From: Selaginella moellendorffii
Lineage: Eukaryota; Plantae; Lycopodiophyta
Reading direction: 5' to 3'
DNA: 64,000 nt
Assembly (NCBI RefSeq): GCF_000143415.4
Contig: NW_003314263.1
Location: 2,730,041 to 2,794,040, forward strand
A program made the translations under genes and the position numbers. Below, piece after piece: positions 56,105 to 64,000 of the stretch; position 1 is the stretch's first letter, and the number at the start of each line of letters is the position of its first letter. The notes under the pieces are model-generated. The model was not told the origin of the DNA, did not search any database, and saw only the letters and a list, made by a program, of their open reading frames with translations.

Positions 56105-57750
56105 TTACCAACGAATTTACTTTTCTTACGAGCTTTCTTCGCAGTTGGCCGTTCATCTCGAAAACCCCCACCTGTGAAAAACGAAAGGTAAAAACATTCC
56201 ACGCAGATGGTAAATTTCAGGACCTCGATTAGGCAGCTAGAGCTCAGGATCGCGCGTCAGTGAAAACTACGTACAAAACCTTTCCCAGGTTTTTTAGATG
56301 GAAAATCCCATCTTCGTTTATCTTGATGCGCGCCTGCAAAAGCCATGAGAGATGCGACAGAAACTTGGAAACTACAAACCTGCTTTCTGGAAACTCTGTT
56401 TGCCGGGCCCTCCTGTGCGAGATCGACATCAATGACGTTTCCTTGCGTCCGTCTACCGATCGAAACCTTGGGTGCAAAGTGTTAGCCAAGCGTGAAGCTG
56501 AAAAGCAGCCATTCTTGCAAACCTCGTTGGCCACCATGAGATACTTCAAGTGGTATCCGCAGAGCATGGCAATGGCGCCTTTACGAGTGAGGTACCGTTG
56601 CATCGCGGCGTTTACACTCTGCTCCAACCTTAGAATGGTCATTTGATGTTGTCCATAGAAACGCTTTGATTCTATGTAATACACACACAAGCCATGGATT
56701 GCGGAGTGTTCATTGTCACCTGGATCCAAGTCCATGTCTAGTATCTGCAGAACAGGATAACGAAGAAGTTGTGAGTGTTCTAGATTACCATGGTCTCAAC
56801 ATCCGAGAAACGAACGATTTCATCGTCGCTTTCGACTTCCGGAGCCTGCCTGTCGTCTCGGTTCCGGGCTCTATCTTCACGTTTGCTAGGACAAAAAACA
56901 AAGCAGAGAATCAACCGGACGAGAAGTCGGTTGGTCACGTTTTCGAACGAAAGCGTACCCGGAATCTCGAGAGAATCTCATTTATGATGGGAGAAAGATA
57001 TATCTGTCCTTCCTACCAATCCAAGGAAAATTCAAGCTTTGATCGATCATTTATATATACTGTTTGGGATGGATGTCGTGAATCCCACGAAGATAATCTC
57101 TATCCGATGATCCTGTACAGCTCAAGCGAGAATTTTTCTCTGTCTCTCTTTTCACTTCGTTTATGTGCCTATAGGTGATCGATCGTCTGGGCTGGCTAGC
57201 ATCACCTGCGAATGAGAACAAAACTTTAGGAGCAAACCAGCAGGAAGAGAATTCTTACATTGCAATCAAGCGCAAATCTTCGTGCCAGCATGATCGCATC
57301 GTTTCGCTCGCGCTCGGACTAGCATGTAAGTCAGGCCTCGCTTCACAAGCCAAAACATGGCGACAGGAGCGGCCTGTCCACCGCCTCTTGCTCCACAAAG
57401 CTGCAAAATGGAAGCTTTCGATCAATATCCTTGTTTTCGCTCAAAGAGTTCAAAAAGCTTACCTGCATGCCAGCAGCGTATTTCTCTTTGATCTTCGTTG
57501 TCAGTCATTTACGGAGCTTCATACGGAGTCTTTCAATCTCCAAAGCATGCAACGGTTGCTTTTCTACGTACTCGCCATTCTGCTGTACAATGACTACCTG
57601 AAAAAACGAAAAGCTTCGTTCCTTCATAAAAAAACGATCTTGTCATCACTAACATTAAACTCTGTATCGCCCTTCTTTGCTAACGCTTCGACGAACAGGT
57701 AGCCCTCAAAGCACAGCTCTCACCCATACCCTTCGCTTCTCCACGTAGAG
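56105..57750 (-). pseudogene. Microspherule protein 1 (MCRS1)-like FHA-domain gene, probably degenerate
   Basis: ILRLEQ...MQR...GAIAMLCGYHLKY...QARIKINEDGIFHLKNLGK, SSCLIE and FEMN match the plant MCRS1-like C-terminus. Upstream exons are unclear and contain a stop; the 5' boundary is uncertain. Confidence 0.55.
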
Positions 57751-57927
57751 TTCCATACCTTTAAATCTTAGCGCCTTGAAGAATGCATCCAATAATTCTC
57801 CCACAGCCGCACTGCATACAAATCTGACGGGTCTCAAAGGTGGCGTGCCAAGGTGTCTGTGGGCGAGGGTTGTGCTCTCTCAGATGGTAAATATTCCATC
57901 TTGCAAGAGTCACTAATTTGTTATACC

Positions 57928-57981
57928 AAAACCCTAATAACAATTTTTTAGGGTTTAGATGGTTTTTTAACCTAGGGTTTA
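57928..57981. promoter_or_regulatory. Cluster of three telo-boxes upstream of APC2
   Basis: aaaccctaa plus two tagggttt within about 55 bp of the ATG at 57988. Confidence 0.6.
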
Positions 57982-57987
57982 GTGAGA

Positions 57988-60900
57988 ATGGCCCAGCTTC
58001 GCGAGATCGCGCAGGCATGGAAGATCTACTGCGCGTCGGCTCTCGATTCTCCAATCCAGCAGCAACAGCAGCAGCAGCAGCGGCCCGGGCGGCGCAAGGG
58101 ATCGGCGGGTTTCAAGGGGCAGGATGTCTCGAGGAGTCTTCGATTCCTGTGTGAGCGTGGCCTCGGTGAGGTCGTAATGCAGCATTTCATGGACGAGCTT
58201 GAGGTACTTGATGGAATTTCTAGCGGCATTTTGTGAGCTTGCCTCAGGTTTTGCTTCTCTAGAGATCACTCAAAGAGAATTACATTCCAGAGTTTTGGTC
58301 ACATTTCACCGATTTTTTGAGCGTCAAGGAAAATTCTGATACTAAACAGGTTCGTCGTTCGTGGATTGCTGACTCTTGAAAATTTCTTTTTGTTTTTCTT
58401 TCCTCTTTGCGTTGCAGCTGAACGAGTGGATACATTTTTCACTACCTGTGGCACTCGAGAAACTATGCTCGAAGAAAGTTTCTCAAGAGGATGGTCTGAA
58501 TGCGTTGATCAAAGCTTTGGAAACAAACGCAAGCGTAAATGGCTCTCAAATTCTTACGTCGCACCAGACAACGGTCACTGCGTTGCTTCTCACGACTTCA
58601 CCTTCGTACTTCTCAGGTTTGTTAAGCATTGTCATTTGGACTGAGAAAAAGTTTTGCTTTTCTCTTGTTGCAGATTTGCTAAAGCTTTATTTCACCGCCC
58701 GCTTGGAAGAGTTTAGTGGATCCTTTCGGAAGCGGCCTTGCAACTCTGACGACGAAGATTGTGAGGCCTCTACGGATGTCGAAGATATGGACGTGCTTGG
58801 GGTGGAAAGTCCCTGCAAAGGTGAAGCCGAAGCTACAGAAGTCAGTGAGGACTCGGTTTCAGTCAGAAACGTTGTGAAGCGTCTCAGAGACCTTGGTTTT
58901 GCTGCTTTGTGTGAGGAAGCTTATGCATCAGCGATTTTGTCTCTGTTAAAGGTAAGTTCTTGCAGCTCGATTTTGAGAACTCAACTCCTGCTTTGGTTGC
59001 AGAAAAAAATCTACTCCATAGCTGATAAGCGCTATGAGAAGCCTGTCCTGGGACCTATTCGTCATTGGATTGAGGTAGCATATAAAAAATTACATTTTCG
59101 TTTTTCTGAAACTTTTACTTGCGTAGGCTGTGCCTATGCGGTTCTTAAGTGCCATTCTGGAATCTTCCGCCGGGAGTTCAAGCTTGTCGCCTTTGCCCGC
59201 TACTCCTTCGCCGCTGGCTTCGTCCTCCACACTCTCAGATCTTTCCAAAGAGCGAATTATAAGATGGCGACTAAGGCTTCAGTTCTTTACATACGAAACA
59301 CTAGGCGATTTGCGAATCAGCGAACTTTTTGACGTTATTGTGGACTACCCTGACAGGCAAGTCACACGCTATTTGTCTAATGTTTTGAGTCCATCTCAGC
59401 CTTCCAGCTATTGAAGACTTGCGGCAGTGCCTTGCAAATACCGGGGAACACTCCAAGCTCGTAAAGTCCTTTCGTTTGGCATTGAAACAAAGACTTCTTA
59501 CGGCTGGAGCGGCCACCACGGACATATTGACACAGTATGTCTCGACTATCAAAGCGCTTAGAACCATGGATCCGACTGGAGTAATTCTCGAGGCCGTCGG
59601 CGAACCTATCAGAGAGTACTTACGGGGAAGGAAAGATACAATTCGCTGTATAGTCACTATGCTGACCGACGACACAGCAACAACAAGTGGCACGACCGTC
59701 GCAGGTGGCGGAGAAGGCCTCCTTGAGGAACTCAGTCGGGGAACTACGACTGTAGAAAATGCGGACAGCGATGAAGAGGGAGAACTCGATGGCGAAGAGG
59801 CTTGGGCTGCTGCACAAAGGTAACTAAACTACACATCATACCATACCGACGCATTTAAAAACTGTCATGTTATAGGTGGGAGCCGGATCCTGTGGAAGCC
59901 GACTTATCACGAACTAGCAAGAGTCGAAGATCGATGGATATTATCAGTATGTTGGTGGGAATATATGGCTCGAAGGAGCTTTTTGTCAACGAATACAGGG
60001 TGATGTTGGCGGAGAAACTGTTGAACAAGTCAGATTACGACACTGACAGGGAAATTCGAACGCTCGAGCTTTTGAAGGTAGTATTTCTTGCGCTATCCTT
60101 TGTACCTGTCTGACATATGTGCCACAGCTGAGATTCGGAGAGAACAACATGCACAGCTGCGAGATCATGTTGAAGGATCTGGCGGACTCTAAGCGCATAA
60201 ACTCGAACATAAAAGCAAAAGGAAAACCGCAGGAAACGTTTCAGAAAGGCGAGGAGTTAACTTTGCACAACGTTGATGCCACTGTTATTTCCTCGCTGTT
60301 CTGGCCTCCTTTCCAAGTAAGCTTTTGCTCTCACTCTCATCTGGTACTGATATGTCTTGCATGGATCGTAACAGACGGAGACTCTCCAAGTTCCCGACTT
60401 CGTTGATAAGCTGCTAGACGACTATGCTCAGCAATACCATACTGTAAAAGCTCCTCGGAAGCTGCAGTGGAAGAAACATTTAGGCACTGTCAAGGTGAGA
60501 AAAGTATTTCCGCTTTCCTTCTGCAAATACTGAAGGATAACAAATGCAGCTGGAGCTCCAATTTGAGGACCGTTCGGCTCAGTTTGTGGTTTCACCAATG
60601 CAAGCGTCTATTATTTTGAAGTTTGAGAGCTGCTCCAGGTGCGTCTTAGCCATTGCTTCAATGCTTCTGATGCATGGTTCGCAGATGGTCAGCCTCGGAG
60701 CTAGCTGCAGCGTCTGGAATCCCCGTCACAACGCTTAGACGCCGGATTGTATTGTGGATCAATCAGGTGAGCTTACTCTTCCATCAAGATAGTAACTTTT
60801 GTTAAGCTGGGACACAGGGTGTTCTTGTAGAATCGCACGGAGACAAAGATGGTGAGGTTTTCTATCAGGTAGTGGAGACTATTGGCGATGGCGGGCAGAG

Positions 60901-61318
60901 AGGGGCGTCTGCTCCAACAGAAGCGGCTGTACCGCTGCTCGAGGAGGAGGACGGGCAGAGTGCCGTAACACCCATGGAAGATCAATGGCAGCAAGAGATG
61001 AACGTCTACGAGGTTTGTAGAGCTTGTTCTCTTCATCCATATAATCGGTGTCTAACGTTTTTGATCCAGTCTTACATCGTTGGAATGCTTACAAACTTGG
61101 AATCTCTCCCGCTGGATCGGATCCACAATATGCTCAAGGTACTCCTCCTCCTCAAGTTCTATGTCATAGATTAAAGTGTTTGATATGATGTCGAGCAGAT
61201 GTTTGTCTCGGATCCTCCCTACGACAAGACACTCCAGCAGCTACAGGGATTCCTTGGAAGTTTGATCGCCGACGAAAAGCTGGAATTTAGAGAGGGAGTC
61301 TACCGCCGGAAGCAATGA
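57988..61318 (+). CDS. APC2: Anaphase-promoting complex subunit 2 (cullin-like), multi-exon
   Basis: YETLGDLRISELFDVIVDYPD, RLLTAGAATTDILTQYVSTIKAL, EPIREYLRGRKDTIRCIV, IYGSKELFVNEYRVMLAEKLL, CEIMLKDLADSKRIN, APRKLQWKKHLG, YIVGMLTN...RIHNMLK; N-terminal polyQ. Confidence 0.96.
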
Positions 61319-61580
61319 AAATCAAAAGGTAGGCCTTTGTTCTTTCCAAGGGATAAAGTTTGTTAAAGTTTCACGCAGTTCTTTGGGAAGATCACCCTCC
61401 AATCAAATCCTTTCTTCTTTCTGAGGTTTGAGAAGCTCCACGAGTCTAGGAAGTTTATTAAAACTTCTAGCTTCTAGAGCTTTGGTCTAGAGCATAGATT
61501 GTATATTTAATCTTTTTTCTTTTACTATTTTACAGATTGATTCTCTCATCCTGCTACACGTAGAAAAATTTGCCAGAATT

Positions 61581-63402
61581 TCACCTTCGGTGTGGCAAAC
61601 CGTGAGGAGGCTTGTTATTACTGTTATTCGTTCCACCGGGAGCCCGTTTTACTGCCTTTGGCCCTCCCGTTCCTTTGGGAAGATCCATCAAATCCATGAC
61701 TTGAACAGTCCGGTTCTTCTTAGCTGAAAAAGAGAAACAAAACGTAAAAAGTTGGGAACCAGAAAAAGCAAAAAAAAATTACCAGTTTCTGCTCGTTGGT
61801 AGCCTTCTTGCAGTTTACGTTTTGCGGCCGCGAGCTTGTCATTCTCAGGGTGACCACTTTCTCGTCTCTGGAGAAAAAACGAAGAAAAAACAAAGGAGAG
61901 TGTGAGAAGACCAAGGAATTCTAGTCTTTAGCGAGCAAACTGTACCGATTGTTGCTGTGGCCTCTCTTTTTTTCTGTGGAAGGGGGCATCCAGCATCGGT
62001 GGCTTCCTTTCATCTTTCCTGGCATGTTTAAGTCCGCTCGGCCGGAAGTGGTCCCCAGAATTATTGTAAAATGGGGACACTGGCATCGGTGAGTGCGAGG
62101 CGCGGCTCGATGAGTTGAGTGGCGATTCGTCCGCCGAGATCGAGCACCCCGTCGCTGAGGAAACGATAAAAAAAGAAAGACAAAAACGAAAAAGCGATGA
62201 GTCACTCCATTAACGTAACGCATGAGGCGGCAAGAATCTCGTGTGACAAGGATATGAAACTCACCCATGTTGTTATCCATGCTATTATCCATGAGATCTA
62301 TGAGCTGCGATCATATCCAAACAAGAGCGCTCAGAAAATGGAATAGAAAAATTCTTTGCAAACCTTTGTCATCTCGAAAGTGGTCGCGAAGAGCTCGTCT
62401 TCGTCAATGGGTGGTGGTGCCGGTGTGCATTGTTCATCGTTTCCTGTGAGAAAACCACAATTCGTTTCCAAATCAAACTCTAGAACACGAGGAAAAATAA
62501 AAACTTGCAAGAGCAACTAGCAGACCTTGCACGTCGTCTAGACTTTTGGCCCATTCGTCGGCTACAGCCTTCCACGATCTGCAGTGAAAGAAACTTTGAT
62601 CCATCATCCTCAACTCTTTGCTTGTCTTCTTTTTACCGGATAAGTTTCCTGGCGGCCGACTTTATTTGATCGCAGCCGTGTCTCCGCAGATTGTTCACAG
62701 GCTTGCCAATCTCAGTCGCCTGGAAAACATATCAAAGAATAAAACAACCGCGTGAATCCCAAGAGCTTCTCGAATGAAAGAAAGAAAGAAAAAAATCCCC
62801 CTAGTAACGAATTCTCTTGTTTACCTTCAGAGTCTCGATCGAGAGATTTAAATCTGTCAATCGCACAAGAAGTTCTAAAATGTCGTCATCGTTCTGTCAC
62901 AAGGGAGACAACGCGTGAGGACAAAGGCAAAAAGAAAGAACAAGAAGAATGAAGAGAGAGAGAGAGAGAGAGGAGAGGAAAGAATGAAAAAAAATGGAGA
63001 GAAGAGGGAGAAGAAGAAATCCTTGCATACCTTATCAAGATCTACCAGCTCCTTTTTAATCTTGAAAACTTCCTTGACATCGCCCTCGCGATTCCCACTG
63101 CCCATGTCCATCACGGAATTCCCATACTCGTGATCGCACGCCGTGATGGCTGGAGAGATTTCGCTGTGGCGGCTCACCGATCCCCGTAGCACCGCGGCCT
63201 CCTCCTCCTCCTCCTCGATCGGCCCCGCCGGGCAAGCGATTTGCTGAAATAGCTTCTCGGCGATCCCATCGCGCCTCTCCCTAAGCTTGTCGGGGTAGTC
63301 CGCCGCCGCGATCGCGATGCCCCGGTCGATCACCGTCCAGAGATCGTGCTCCAAATCCCTGAAGAAAGATCGCCAAAACTCCAATTTCTCTCCTCCGCCC
63401 AT
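61581..63402 (-). CDS. MED26-like: TFIIS N-terminal-domain / Mediator subunit 26-like protein
   Basis: WRSFF...DLWTVIDRGIAIAAADYP..LRERRDGIAEKLF, ATEIGKPVNNLRRH, PPPIDEDELFAT, RTVQVMDLMDLPK. Confidence 0.8.
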
Positions 63403-63961
63403 GGCTAGAAAGAAATCCCAGAGGAGCTCCTCGCCCGAAACTTCCCCTCTGGAACAAGAAACCTTGCCCACCTTAGAACAGCGAGAATCTCCACTCACGA
63501 AAGAGGCCAGCGATTCCCCAGCTGGATCTCCGCATTTTCTCGATGCGATGCTCGCTCAATCAAATCCCTCGCAGACCTGACTCCTCGCGAGAGAATCCGT
63601 CACAGATTTCTCATTCTCCCGATACCTAAGCTAAGGATCGATCAGCAATCCAGGACTGACGCGACAAAGAGAGAGGGAAGAGGAAAGCTTCCTAGGGCTA
63701 ATGGAATTGTTCTTGATCCGACGGCCCAGCGCGCGTGGCGATTAGATCCGACGGTCCAGGACCAAATTGCTGACTAGTCAACGGAGAGCGGCGAATTTCC
63801 GCGTGTAGTGTTGAGCGCCACGTGAAGATATGGCAAAAACTCGTTTCGTTTGACGGGTTGCTAGGTAGGATTCGAACCATGGATTGGTCAACTCTCCATT
63901 GACCATAAGCCCTTAGGTCAACTCTTCGATAAGCCCTAAACCCTAGAGCAGGGTGGGGAGA

Positions 63962-64000
63962 ATGGCGGGGAGGCGCCGCGCAATGGAGCTCGTGTTCCTC
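63962..64000 (+). CDS. Start of the next gene (truncated by the window); MELVFL resembles a metallo-beta-lactamase/tRNase Z N-terminus
   Basis: ATG 25 bp after a telo-box (aaaccctag); only 13 codons are visible. Confidence 0.3.
   Translation, partial: MAGRRRAMELVFL

Noticed and set aside
57928-57981. Telomere-like repeats
   Set aside because: Only single units next to start codons; these are promoter telo-boxes, not telomeric arrays.
1-64000. CRISPR arrays, rRNA, tRNA or prokaryotic defence systems
   Set aside because: No regularly spaced repeats or RNA gene signatures seen; spliceosomal introns occur throughout.

Overview
Compact, gene-dense land-plant nuclear DNA with very short introns (about 40-200 nt), telo-boxes and minimal intergenic space. 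The style suggests a lycophyte such as Selaginella, but that is inference. Recognisable genes are LAS1, a BIR-type (LRR-Xa) receptor-like pseudokinase, TDP2, a plastid GNAT, PSRP3, AUX1/LAX, calmodulin-lysine methyltransferase, RBM48, GME, APC2 and a MED26/TFIIS-N protein. There are also several pseudogenes (LAS1, TDP2, CRINKLY4-like, GDPD, XRCC4, MCRS1-like) and two AT-rich LTR-retroelement graveyards. The most striking item is a four-copy tandem array (38.0-50.3 kb) of an unusual receptor: signal peptide + PHI-1/EXORDIUM domain + two CUB domains + TM + degenerate pseudokinase. One copy lacks the kinase, and CUB1 sits on a symmetric phase 1-1 exon in all copies. A second notable system is an expanding set of kinase-less BIR ectodomain genes with a new hydrophobic C-terminal tail, next to the full-length BIR gene. 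All identifications come from reading motifs by eye; no searches were run.
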